Origin: a virus
Lineage: Duplodnaviria > Heunggongvirae > Uroviricota > Caudoviricetes
DNA length: 64,000 nt
Virus record (IMG/VR): IMGVR_UViG_3300007177_000114
Reading direction: 5' to 3' (one strand)
Position 1 is the first letter of the stretch, and the number at the start of each line of letters is the position of its first letter. Under the pieces are notes generated by a model. That model did no database searches. It saw only the letters and a program-made list of their open reading frames with translations, and was not told the origin of the DNA. Below, piece after piece: positions 20,207 to 31,100 of this stretch. A program made the translations under genes and the position numbers.

Positions 20207-22993
20207 ATGAATCCTATAGCTCAAACTTTTATAGTCTCCGAGCCGGAAAATGGCGTTGATGCAGTATTTGTTACAGCAATTGATCTTTTCTTTAGAAGAA
20301 AATCATCAATCTATGGCATTGAACTTCAAATCAGAGAAACAGAAAACGGAGTACCAACCAAAAAGGTACTCCCATATGCTTCAAAGATATTACAGCCTAG
20401 TCAGATAAGCATTTCTGAGACTGCAGCATCTGCAACCAAATTTACATTTGATACTCCTGTAGTATTAAGAGCAAATGTACAATATGCAATTACAGTTTCA
20501 CCAATTGGTGGCGATCCAAATTATGATATCTGGGTCGCAGAACTTGGTGCAAATGACGTTGCAAATCCAACAGTCCCCATTTATAAAAATAATCAACTTG
20601 GGTCTCTATTTGTTTCTTCAAATGATTTAAATTTCATTCAAAGACCGACTGATAATTTAAAGTATACGCTTTATACAGCACAGTTTAGTCAGACTAGTGG
20701 TAATGCAGTATTCAGAAATGCAAATAATGATTTTTTCCGTGTTCGTGATATTATCGGAACATTTAGACCTGGTGAACAAATCATGGTCTCAAATGGTTGG
20801 TTGGAACTTGCTGCATTAAATCTATCCGGCGCAAATGTCTTTACAATTGGTGAAATGGTATACCAAACATCAAGTGGTTCTTCACCAAATACAGCAGTTG
20901 GTAAGGTTTATTTTGCTAATACAACTGTTGTCAAAGTTTCAAATCTAGACGGTGCATTTGTAACAACCGGCAATACTACACTTGTTGGCGCCACTTCTGG
21001 TAAAACTTCTGTGATTACAGCTGCATATCAGAATGTTGTGACTACATCCGCAACAAATGTCATCACAGTTCCAGATCCAAGTTATTCAGAATTTGCAAAT
21101 GGGAATTTCATTGCGATATTTACTGGATCAACTTCAAATGCTCAAATTCTACAAATCACTGCAAATAGCACAGTATCTCGAACTCTTACATTATCCGCTA
21201 ATGTAAATTTCACAGATTCAGCCGCTAGAATTACAGCAGTTTATGCAAATGCAAGTCTTTATGGTTATCTAGCATCACAGACACGTTCTTATCCCGAATC
21301 AACATTTGTTGTTGGTGGTGTAAATTCAAACACAACTGTGAACTTTGCTAATACATCTGGTAAACAATTAATCGGTAGAGATTCTGGTGCTTCTGCTTAT
21401 ATTATCTCTCTGGTGGATATGTATTTTGATTCTGTAACTTCACAATTCACAGAAGCAAAACCAAGATTCACTGAAACAAATTGGGGATTCCAGGGTATTT
21501 CAAACACCAAGAATCTAGATGCATCTTATAATTCTGTCAGACAAGATGTGCCATATGAATTCATTGACAGACAGAGAATGCTTATGTCTAGAAGTAATGA
21601 ACTAAAGGCATCACTTGCTATCGGTGGTACTGCTGGAACTAGTTCATTTAAAATCAAAACCGATATGACCACAGCAAATAATAAGAGCTCACCTTATATT
21701 GATACAATAAGAAATCATGCTGTATTCACACACAATATGATTTTCCCTGAAGTATTTCTAAATGGTACTGCACTTAATATTGCTAATTTGACTGGATATT
21801 TTGCTCTAGGTGATACTGTGTGGCAAGGAAATTCCACAACAAATACCACCGGTACTGTTGTTATGTCCAATAGCACATTTATTGCGGTGGCAAATCTTGC
21901 AAGTAGCAATACACAACACATTGCAGGATTTAATGTTGGTGCAAATATAAACTCCACAAATATTTCATCAAATGGTGTTGCAAATGTAACTGCAGTCAAG
22001 GTCTATAATGAGGCTTCATTCCCAACGACAGATCATTCTCGCTATATCTCTAAGAATGTAGTACTTGCTGATAAACAAGATTCTGAAGATCTTATTTGTT
22101 ATCTTACTGCATATAGACCACAGGAAACAAATATTCTTGTGTATGGTCAATTTAGTTCTGCGGATGATTCCGATCCAATTGCTTCCAAGCATTGGTCTAG
22201 ACTTTCTGAAAATACTATTTCTGTTGGATTATACAGCAGTCTAGTAAATAGAGATGATTATGTAGAATTAGTTTATGATCTACCAACTTCCATTCAACTT
22301 CAAAATAATAATGTCTCAACAAACACCAGCTCTGCAATTGTAAATTTTGTCGGTACAGCAGATAATTCTGGTATTAAACCAGGTGATTTTGTTTACATTA
22401 GAGATTTGAGTTATGGTATTACCGGTGTAAGTATTGCCGCAGCAGGTTCTGGATATGCAACTGGTGACCAAGTAAGAATAGATGGTGGTGTGCCTGGCAT
22501 TTTAAATGCAAATGCAGTACTTAGTGTTGTAGCAAATGCAACTGGAAATGTGGTCGGTCTATCTGTAATATCCAAAGGTAGTTATCCAAATAATCAAAGC
22601 CTATCAGCAAATGCCACCGCAAATGTGACTGGTACAGGATCAGGACTTACACTAACCGTAAGCACACTACAGTATGAACAATCTACAAAATTCAATGTGC
22701 GCAAAGTTATTTCAACTCCAAATACATCCTCAATTATTCTAAATTCAAATAATTCTTTTGTGACTGGTAATTCTACTATTGGCGCTGGTGCTATTGGTGT
22801 GATTCCTGGCCTTGAAACTCAATATGGTGCATTTAAATATGCAAATAACGAAGGTATTATAAGATATACTACTGCAACAGATCAGGTATTTGATAGTTAT
22901 AAAACTTTTGCTGTAAAGATTGTTCTTGTTTCTAATAATTCTTACATCGTACCAAGACTTAATGATATGAGAGCCATAGCGCTGCAAGTATAA
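20207..22993 (+). CDS. VrlC/DUF4815-like tail structural protein, C-terminal part
   Basis: Starts NPIAQTF...FVTAIDLFF; RYISKNVVLA; ends FAVKIVL......PRLNDMRAIALQ. Confidence 0.78.
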   Translation: MNPIAQTFIVSEPENGVDAVFVTAIDLFFRRKSSIYGIELQIRETENGVPTKKVLPYASKILQPSQISISETAASATKFTFDTPVVLRANVQYAITVSPIGGDPNYDIWVAELGANDVANPTVPIYKNNQLGSLFVSSNDLNFIQRPTDNLKYTLYTAQFSQTSGNAVFRNANNDFFRVRDIIGTFRPGEQIMVSNGWLELAALNLSGANVFTIGEMVYQTSSGSSPNTAVGKVYFANTTVVKVSNLDGAFVTTGNTTLVGATSGKTSVITAAYQNVVTTSATNVITVPDPSYSEFANGNFIAIFTGSTSNAQILQITANSTVSRTLTLSANVNFTDSAARITAVYANASLYGYLASQTRSYPESTFVVGGVNSNTTVNFANTSGKQLIGRDSGASAYIISLVDMYFDSVTSQFTEAKPRFTETNWGFQGISNTKNLDASYNSVRQDVPYEFIDRQRMLMSRSNELKASLAIGGTAGTSSFKIKTDMTTANNKSSPYIDTIRNHAVFTHNMIFPEVFLNGTALNIANLTGYFALGDTVWQGNSTTNTTGTVVMSNSTFIAVANLASSNTQHIAGFNVGANINSTNISSNGVANVTAVKVYNEASFPTTDHSRYISKNVVLADKQDSEDLICYLTAYRPQETNILVYGQFSSADDSDPIASKHWSRLSENTISVGLYSSLVNRDDYVELVYDLPTSIQLQNNNVSTNTSSAIVNFVGTADNSGIKPGDFVYIRDLSYGITGVSIAAAGSGYATGDQVRIDGGVPGILNANAVLSVVANATGNVVGLSVISKGSYPNNQSLSANATANVTGTGSGLTLTVSTLQYEQSTKFNVRKVISTPNTSSIILNSNNSFVTGNSTIGAGAIGVIPGLETQYGAFKYANNEGIIRYTTATDQVFDSYKTFAVKIVLVSNNSYIVPRLNDMRAIALQV

Positions 22994-23202
22994 TGGAATA
23001 CTTAAAAGTAAAAGACCACAGAGGTATTGTGCGCCAAAAGGCTTCTAGTGCAATATTAAATGTTGATACTCAATCTCTCCTCCAATACAAAGAGGAGAGA
23101 TCTAGAATCAATAAATTAAATAATGTATACGAAGAAAATAATAGACTTAAGAATGAATTAAATGAGATTAAATCTTTAATCCAAGGATTATTAACTAGAT
23201 GA
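22993..23202 (+). CDS. Small conserved coiled-coil virion-module protein
   Basis: KV....VR...S.AILNVD...ELNEIKSLI pattern; translationally coupled after the VrlC-like gene. Confidence 0.65.
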   Translation: MEYLKVKDHRGIVRQKASSAILNVDTQSLLQYKEERSRINKLNNVYEENNRLKNELNEIKSLIQGLLTR

Positions 23203-25040
23203 TAACTATTTCACCGGTAATTAATACCCAAAGTTTTGGCGTTTGGCTTGAAAGAACAAATCAAGTCATTAGTATCATTTCGCAAAATACTGTCACAGCG
23301 GATTCTAGCACCGGTGGCTCACTTACCACTGGTAATTCTTATGTCAATGGATATTTTGGTGCCAATTATGTAATAGTAAATACTGCACTTCGAGGTGGTA
23401 ATCTCACCACTAGCGCCACACTTCCTATTACATCAAATGCAACTTTTAGCGGCACAGTAAATACTTCTGGTCTAGTTAGTGCACTTAGTGGTATAAATGT
23501 AACCGGCACTGCAAATGTAAGTTCAACACTAAATGTCGGTGCAAATGTTACAGTCAATACCACACAGATAAACGTAGGAAATTCAACTGTTAATTCTGTT
23601 GTTGCTCCTACTCAACTAGTAGTGGCAAATTCTACTAATACCGCAACTTTAACTCCAATCAGTTTGACCATCGGAACTACTGTAGCAAATACTACAACTC
23701 TAGCAGTTGGCACAACTACTGTTAATTCCAGTCTAGTAAATACAACTGCAGTCAATGTTACAGGTCAAGTAAACAGCGCCACTTTATTTGCTACAACATC
23801 AGCAAATGTCGGTGCAAATGTTCAACTTACTACCAGTCAACTCTCACTTGGTAATTCAACTGTAAATGCTCTTGCTAATTCCACCACAATTCGAATTGCT
23901 AATTCTACAAATACTGCAACTCTAACTCCAGTTAGTATCACACTTGGTACTACTGTGGTGAATACTACAACAATTGCACTTGGATCTTCATTTACTGCAA
24001 ATAGCACAAGAGTTGTTTTAAGCACCGCTACCGGTCTACAAGCAAACGGTACTATAGGTACTGCAGGTCAATTCCTGCTTTCAAACGGCACTACTGCTTA
24101 TTGGAGCACTGTAACAACTGGATCTGTCACATCAGTTGCTTCTGGATCAGGTTTAACTGGTGGTCCTATCACATCAACCGGAACTCTTTCAGTTCTTGCA
24201 AATTCTGGTATAATTGCAAATACTACTGGTGTCTACGTAAATCCAAATACCGGTATCGTAGTGAATACCTCTGGTGTTTTTGTAAATGCAACTTATATCG
24301 GCACACTATCTGCAAATAATGCAACTTATTTAAATGGACAATTAGCATCATACTATACAAATGCTACAAATATCACTACCGGTACTTTGAATACTGCTAG
24401 ACTTCCTGCTACAGTAAATGTTGCTACTCTTCTAAATATCGGCGCAAATGTAAATATCAATACATCTGCTATATTTGTGGGCAACTCTAGTTCAAATGTG
24501 ATTGCTAATTCGTCAACTATTGCGGTAGGTGCCACAACGGTTAATAGCACCGTAATCAATGTTGGTTCTGTAAATACAAATCTTCTTACAGTGTCTGGAA
24601 ATGCAACATTCTCTAGCAATGTCAATCTTACTTCCGGTCTGCTTACAGTAGCAAATAATGCTACATTCTCTTCAAATGTTTCAATTGCAAATGCTCTATT
24701 AATTGATGATACTCATTATACATCAAATACTTACACATTTAATAATTCTACTGCACGTGCAACAATAGATATTTTTGATACGGCATCTTATAGATCCGCA
24801 GAATATCTAATTCAAGTTACAGACCCAACAACCACACCAAGATCATATCAGATAACAAAAATGACTGTTATCCATGATAATACAACCCCTTACTCAACTG
24901 AGTATAGCAATATTTACACAAATATTCCAATGGGGACTTTTGATGTGAATATTGATACCGCAAATAATTTTCAACTTAGATTTACACCTACAACAGCAAA
25001 TTCTGTTGTCAAACTTTCTAGAAAATCCATTGCGGTTTAA
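23199..25040 (+). CDS. Tail fibre-like structural protein
   Basis: T/N/S/V/A-rich beta repeats; C-terminal FDTASYRSAEY...EYSNIYT...GTFDV...LRFTP domain shared with ORF 25416. Confidence 0.65.
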   Translation: MITISPVINTQSFGVWLERTNQVISIISQNTVTADSSTGGSLTTGNSYVNGYFGANYVIVNTALRGGNLTTSATLPITSNATFSGTVNTSGLVSALSGINVTGTANVSSTLNVGANVTVNTTQINVGNSTVNSVVAPTQLVVANSTNTATLTPISLTIGTTVANTTTLAVGTTTVNSSLVNTTAVNVTGQVNSATLFATTSANVGANVQLTTSQLSLGNSTVNALANSTTIRIANSTNTATLTPVSITLGTTVVNTTTIALGSSFTANSTRVVLSTATGLQANGTIGTAGQFLLSNGTTAYWSTVTTGSVTSVASGSGLTGGPITSTGTLSVLANSGIIANTTGVYVNPNTGIVVNTSGVFVNATYIGTLSANNATYLNGQLASYYTNATNITTGTLNTARLPATVNVATLLNIGANVNINTSAIFVGNSSSNVIANSSTIAVGATTVNSTVINVGSVNTNLLTVSGNATFSSNVNLTSGLLTVANNATFSSNVSIANALLIDDTHYTSNTYTFNNSTARATIDIFDTASYRSAEYLIQVTDPTTTPRSYQITKMTVIHDNTTPYSTEYSNIYTNIPMGTFDVNIDTANNFQLRFTPTTANSVVKLSRKSIAV

Positions 25041-25052
25041 TGGAGATAAACA

Positions 25053-25376
25053 ATGGCTGTAAAAACTAACTTAGTTATTGATCAAGGCGCTGATTTCAAT
25101 TCATCTTTTACATTTACGGACGAATCAGATGAGCCCATTGATTTTACCGCATTTACTGCAAATTCACAAATAAGAAAAACTTATACTTCTAGTACGGCAT
25201 ACAACTTTCAAATTAGTTTAACCAATAATGGAATAATCACTCTTTCAATGAATTCCGCAACAACTTCAAATCTTTCTGCGGGAAGATATGTATATGATTT
25301 GGAAGTTGAATCATCTGGTGTAAGATCTAGACTGGTTGAAGGTACAGTAATTGTCACCCCACAAGTAACTAGATAA
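25053..25376 (+). CDS. Small Ig-like/BppU-like virion protein
   Basis: NLVIDQGADF......D....IDFT.FTA.SQIRK...GRYVYDL.......RLVEG...VTP.VTR pattern common in T4-like tail regions. Confidence 0.6.
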   Translation: MAVKTNLVIDQGADFNSSFTFTDESDEPIDFTAFTANSQIRKTYTSSTAYNFQISLTNNGIITLSMNSATTSNLSAGRYVYDLEVESSGVRSRLVEGTVIVTPQVTR

Positions 25377-25389
25377 AATATTGTCTTTT

Positions 25390-25397
25390 TATAAATA
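25390..25397 (+). promoter_or_regulatory. T4-type late promoter
   Basis: Exact TATAAATA, intergenic, upstream of ORF 25416. Confidence 0.8.
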
Positions 25398-25415
25398 AAA
25401 TAAAAGGGGTTATAA

Positions 25416-26258
25416 ATGGCTGAATCTAATTTTACCGTAAAGAATGGAATAATAGTAAATACCGCATTTACTGCCAATTCAACTGTGCTTCAAGCAAACG
25501 GTTTGACTGTAAATTCTACTGTTGCTACATTCTCTGGAAATGTCAGTGGTACTCTAATTACCACATCACAACCATTTATTACCGCCAATAATGCAAACTA
25601 CGTACGTGCAAATAACGGTATCACATCAAATGCTTCCGGTGTATTTGTCACCCAAGGTACTGGTGTTGTAGTAAATACTACTGGTGTCCATGTAAACTCT
25701 TCATATATTGGCACTTTGACAGCAAACAATGCCAATAATTTAAACGGCCAGCCTGCGTCATTTTACACTAATGCTACAAATATTACCACCGGCACACTAG
25801 ACACCGCTAGACTTCCAGCCACCATAAATGTTGCTACTGCTGTAAATGTCGGCGCAAATATAAATCTTACCACAACTAGAATTAATGTTGGCAATTCAAC
25901 AGTTAATACTTATATTACACAAACTGATGTTGATTTACCATATGCAGTTCTTGGATCCGCTACTTTAACAACTTCCACAACAACTGCCAATCAGACTCTA
26001 GATCAATTTGCATTTGCAGACTTTAAAGCTACCGAATACCACATTTATATTTCATCTGGTACTTCATTTCAATCATGTAAAATTGCGGTATTAACCGACG
26101 GTACTACCGCTTATTCAACTGAATATGCTGTTTTATTGACTGGTTCTTCATTGGCTTCATTTGATGTGACAATCAGCGGTGCAAATGTAGTTCTTAGAAC
26201 AACTCCAGTAAATGCAGTGACAACTTATAAACTTTTTAAAAATCTAATAAACGTTTAA
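25416..26258 (+). CDS. Short fibre/adaptor protein
   Basis: N-terminus near-identical to ORF 28106; middle and C-terminus paralogous to ORF 23199. Confidence 0.6.
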   Translation: MAESNFTVKNGIIVNTAFTANSTVLQANGLTVNSTVATFSGNVSGTLITTSQPFITANNANYVRANNGITSNASGVFVTQGTGVVVNTTGVHVNSSYIGTLTANNANNLNGQPASFYTNATNITTGTLDTARLPATINVATAVNVGANINLTTTRINVGNSTVNTYITQTDVDLPYAVLGSATLTTSTTTANQTLDQFAFADFKATEYHIYISSGTSFQSCKIAVLTDGTTAYSTEYAVLLTGSSLASFDVTISGANVVLRTTPVNAVTTYKLFKNLINV

Positions 26259-26289
26259 TTAAACATTTAAGCACGGGGATAGTGAACCG

Positions 26290-27816
26290 ATGTCTATACC
26301 ACAACCTGCCATAAGTGTGAATTTTGTTCGCACACCAAATTATCTAGATTCTAGAATTACTTTTACTAGATCTACAAATGCTACCTTTGTCGACAAAAAT
26401 CGATTAATTGCTACTGCAAATGTTGATGTGCCTAGATTTGAATATTCATCTGCAAATGGTATATTTCTTGGTCTTTTAAGTGAAGAACAAAGAGTCAATT
26501 ATATACTCCAAAGTGAGAATTTTTCAACCACTTGGTCTACAACTGATATCACAGTTTCAAATAATTCAATTATGGCACCTGATGGTAATATTACCGCCGA
26601 TCTTCTAACAGAAGGTACTGCTAATACTGCTTTGATAAATCAATCAGTGACAGTCCCAACTGCTAATCTAGGTGCTGGATCCATTTTTCTTAAAGCAGGT
26701 CCAAATACTGGTGTGACCTGGGTTAAAGTATTTGTGTCTGGCATTGGTGCAAATGGGGCAGCCGCATGGTTTAATTTAAGTACCGGCGCACTTGGATCCA
26801 ATTCTGTAACCGGCAGTGGATCTCAACCAATTGCAGTCATTGATAGTTTTATTGACGGATGGTATAGATGTAGAGTTTCAGCAAATTGTCCTGGTGAAAC
26901 TACTTTAAATCTAAGTTTTCATTCTGCTGCAGCAGATGGTTCAAATACTAGAGTAAATAATGCTACATATTATGCTTGGGGTGGTCAATTGGAAAATGCT
27001 AGATTGTCTACCAGTTATATTCCTACCACAACCGGTACTGTAACTAGAGCAGCAGAGAGAATAGCAATTGAAGGTAGTAACTTTACTAATGTGTATAATA
27101 CAAAAACCGGTGCAGGAAGTATAGTATTAAATGTAACACTCCCACCAGAATTTGCTCTTGATGATACATCACGTGATTTTATCGGTGTGAGTCGTTCTAA
27201 TAATTTTACTAGATCTATCTATTTGACGCAATCAAATGCTACTTCTTATTGGACAGTTGGTGCATCTGGTGTATATGGTACAAATATTGCGGCAGGTCAA
27301 AATATAATCGGATTGTCGTATAGCACAATAAATAATTACGTTCGTGCATTTAGAAATGGCCCTAACGGAAATACATCAGTCTTAGGAAATTACACAAAAA
27401 ATATTACAGCCAATACTGCAGGTGTAAATGCCACAGCAGACGTAATCTTGTTAACAAGCGCTAATAATAATTTTTTTGTTGGTGACCGTGTCTATTATCG
27501 TGTTCCAACTGGAAATACCGCTATCGGTGGACTTACTGGAAATAATTACTATTATATTTCATTTTCAAATAGCACAGCATTTGCTCTAAGTGCAACATCA
27601 GGTGGTGCTAATATAGATCTAACGGAAGCAAGAACTACCAATCCAGGTGAAACCCATAACATGATCTTAAATGTAGCAATTCCATATGATAGAATTTATC
27701 TTGGTTCACTATGGTCATTTGGCACTAGTTCTGGTCTAAATGGACACTTTAAAAAGTTTGCATATTATCCGACTCAATTAAGCAATACTCAAATGCAAGC
27801 AATTACTTCAATTTAA
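26290..27816 (+). CDS. Fibre/spike protein with lectin-like domain
   Basis: ITFTRST.A..VD......PRFEY....GLL.EEQR.N and QLE.....SYIPT....TRA motifs; paralogous to the gp7 C-terminus. Confidence 0.6.
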   Translation: MSIPQPAISVNFVRTPNYLDSRITFTRSTNATFVDKNRLIATANVDVPRFEYSSANGIFLGLLSEEQRVNYILQSENFSTTWSTTDITVSNNSIMAPDGNITADLLTEGTANTALINQSVTVPTANLGAGSIFLKAGPNTGVTWVKVFVSGIGANGAAAWFNLSTGALGSNSVTGSGSQPIAVIDSFIDGWYRCRVSANCPGETTLNLSFHSAAADGSNTRVNNATYYAWGGQLENARLSTSYIPTTTGTVTRAAERIAIEGSNFTNVYNTKTGAGSIVLNVTLPPEFALDDTSRDFIGVSRSNNFTRSIYLTQSNATSYWTVGASGVYGTNIAAGQNIIGLSYSTINNYVRAFRNGPNGNTSVLGNYTKNITANTAGVNATADVILLTSANNNFFVGDRVYYRVPTGNTAIGGLTGNNYYYISFSNSTAFALSATSGGANIDLTEARTTNPGETHNMILNVAIPYDRIYLGSLWSFGTSSGLNGHFKKFAYYPTQLSNTQMQAITSI

Positions 27817-27826
27817 GGATATTATT

Positions 27827-28066
27827 ATGTTTGATTATTACATCAAAGAAAAAACAAAAAAAGCTTGGGTAAATAATGCAGTACTTGATGGTGTTCTTAC
27901 CCAAGGTGATGATGGGGAATATTATTCAAATTATGATATAGATATTATTGGCGCCATTTCTGGAGTCACTGGATATCACGTAAATATTAGATCTCGTGAA
28001 CCTTTAGAACTTAAATATCTTACCACAGTAGAAAAGCCAAAGACACCGACACGTGTCTGGTTATAA
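27827..28066 (+). CDS. Small partner/chaperone-like protein of the preceding fibre
   Basis: DIIG....GYHVN.R......PKTPTRVW pattern; good RBS (AAGGA). Confidence 0.5.
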   Translation: MFDYYIKEKTKKAWVNNAVLDGVLTQGDDGEYYSNYDIDIIGAISGVTGYHVNIRSREPLELKYLTTVEKPKTPTRVWL

Positions 28067-28069
28067 ATA
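28062..28069 (+). promoter_or_regulatory. T4-type late promoter
   Basis: Exact TATAAATA overlapping the stop of ORF 27827, upstream of ORF 28106. Confidence 0.8.
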
Positions 28070-28105
28070 ATAAAAATTTCAATTTCGGGGACAGGGAACC
28101 GATAA

Positions 28106-31100
28106 ATGGCCGAATCTAATTTTACCGTAAAAAATGGATTGGTGGTAAATACTTCATTTACCGCCAACTCAACAGTATTACAAGCAAATGGCTTGACTGT
28201 AAATTCTTCACTAGCAAACGTAGCAGGTGCTGTTCGTGCTGCAAATCTTACTACAACTACAAATACTGCAACATTTGGAACAGCCGCTTATGTAGTCGCT
28301 GGTGGTAATGTAGGTATTGGAACTTCTTCACCAGATGCTAGACTTGCAGTTTCAGGCACAGCTAATATTTCTGGAAATGTAGTGGTTGGTGGAACTCTAA
28401 CTTCTGCAAATCTTACCACAACTACAAATGTTATCACTATCGGTACTTCTTCCTATTTTGTCTCAAATGGTAATGTAGGTATTGGAACTTCTTCACCAGA
28501 TGCTAGACTTGCAGTTTCAGGCACAGCTAATATTTCCGGAAATACCACAATTGCCGGCATTTTAACTTTAGCAAATCTAAATGTTGGTAATTCTACAGTC
28601 AATGTGACTGCAAATTCCACTGTTATCACTATCGGAAATACCACAGTAAATGCTACCATCAATTCAACTGCATTCTCTGGTAGAGCAAATACTGCTAATA
28701 CTGCAAATACACTAGTCAATACGGAAGGTGTTGGAATAGAACCTCTTCAGCTCCCAAGAGCAATTGATTTGGGTACTGCAGCATTTGTTGATATTGATGC
28801 ACTTTATCAAATTAAAGCAGCAAATACTACAACATTTAGAAGTCTCCAAAGCAGAGAAGCTGATATTATCAATATTCTTGATTTTGGTGCTGTAAGTGAT
28901 GCTCAGACTGCTTATAGCCAAGTCACATGTGATTTTGGATCAAACGTCATTCAGTTTTCAAATAATCTTTTCACAAATAATGACGTAGGAAAGATTATCG
29001 GTATCACTCGTGTAGATAATAGAAAATCAGTATCATTTAATGCAAATACTGATGTTGATAGTGCACTTGATTCTATAGCAATTTCAGAACAAATATTTAA
29101 GGTCGGTGATTCTGCACTTTATGAAGTAAGTGCTGGAAATACTGCAATTGAAGGTTTACAACCAAATAAAAGATATTATGTAACCTTTGCTAATAATACA
29201 CATCTAAAACTTGCAAAATCAATGATTGCACCTGCAATCCAAATTTCAAAAGGTGCAACTGAAGCTGGTCATACTTTATCTTTAATTAAGAGAGAAATTT
29301 CTTTCAATGCAAATGCAGCAGTGGTTCCCGCCACAAATTCCATTTTACTTGGATCTGCTAATCAGTATTTCCAAAATGGTGATTCAGTTTATTATCAAGT
29401 TGATGCTGGTAATACAGCAATCGGTGGTCTTACTGCTAATACCTTCTACTACGTAGTGGGTGCAAATTCCACAAGCATTCAGTTGGCAACAACTAGAGGT
29501 GGTACTGCAATTGCACTTACAAAAGGTTTAACAGAAACTGGTCATTCTTTTTATAGACCATGGACACCATTTATTCAATATAGTACAATTACAGCTGTAA
29601 ATGCTGCTAATAATATTACCGTAACTTCAACTGTATCCAATGCATTTGGTCAACAATTTGGTGCTATTTTCCAAAGTAATTGTGGTATAGTTTGGGGTAC
29701 TGATTCTTATAACGGTCTAGCAAATGCTTTCTCTAGAGCAACAAGTCTAGGTGGTGGCACCGTTTACGTACCATCTGGTAACTATGTTTACGGCCGACCA
29801 CTATATATGGGATCCAATACAGCATTTATTGGTGATGGTCCTTCATCTATTCTTTACAGCGCTGGTCATACAGGTTCACAAGGTGATGGCGCAGGCGCTA
29901 TGATAACCAATATCAACGGTTATTATGCAAATGGTCTAAGCAAGAAAACATACACATCATTTACATCGACTTTTCCAGTAAATCAGATTGATCAAAATTT
30001 AGTAGTACGTGATCTTACTTTCAATCAGATTGGTGGTGTTGCCGGTGGTGCTGGTAAAACTATTTGTTTTATTCTTGCTAAAAATATTAAAATTGAAAAT
30101 TGCTATCTAGAAGCACCTACCATTGTAAAAGACTTTATCTCACTAATCGGTTGTGATAATATCGACGAAATAGGTAATTTTGCTCGTGGTGTGCAAATCA
30201 TGCACGATCACTGGGGTGGATGTTCTTCTCTACGTATTATGCGCAACGTTGCAGAAACGAAATATGATAACGGTCTGCAAGTAATTAATCTTAATGCACA
30301 AGGCACTGCAGCAACTGATTATAATAAATCACAGAATATAATTTGTTCTGATAATATTCTATTCATGAATGGCGGTCTTGAAACCGGTGGTGGTCATACT
30401 GCTATTTTCTTAGATGGTCTACAAATAGGAAGTCCAAGTGAAAATTATGTAATTGAAAATAATACTATCATTGGAAGTTCTGGTTATAAAAATGCTGGTA
30501 TTATCGGCCGTGGCGCCGGCGGTAAGTTCAAAATTTCCGGTAATAGAATATACAATATTGGATCTAGCTCACCTCTGCTTCCAATCCTAATTGGATCTAG
30601 AGCAAATAATAGTACATTTACGCTATCAAGCAATCAGGTGTTTACTACATCTGGCAGCAATGTGGTGGTTATTAATACTGGAGCACATTATCTAACAAAT
30701 AATGCAGTTGATAATGGCGCTTGGTTGAAAGTACCAAATATCGGAACTATTAATGGCATTAATTTTAATGGTGAAGGCGCAAATAGCTATCTCAAAGTTG
30801 CATATGTTCAAAATACAACCGCAGTGGCTGTATATGCACCTTCAGCTGCTTCAAGCACCGGTAACGGAACTTCAACAAATGTATCCGGATATAACTGGTG
30901 GTTTGGCACTCCTCGAGGAAATCATATAACAGAAAATATCATCATAAATTCACCTTCTACTGATACAATCATTCAGAGTTCTAGTAGAAATACTATTATT
31001 TCTGATAATATCGTTGACTATGATGAGCTATATAATCTTCAATATGAATCAGCCATTAAAATAACTTCATTTTTCTCTGATTCCATAGATCACACCATTT

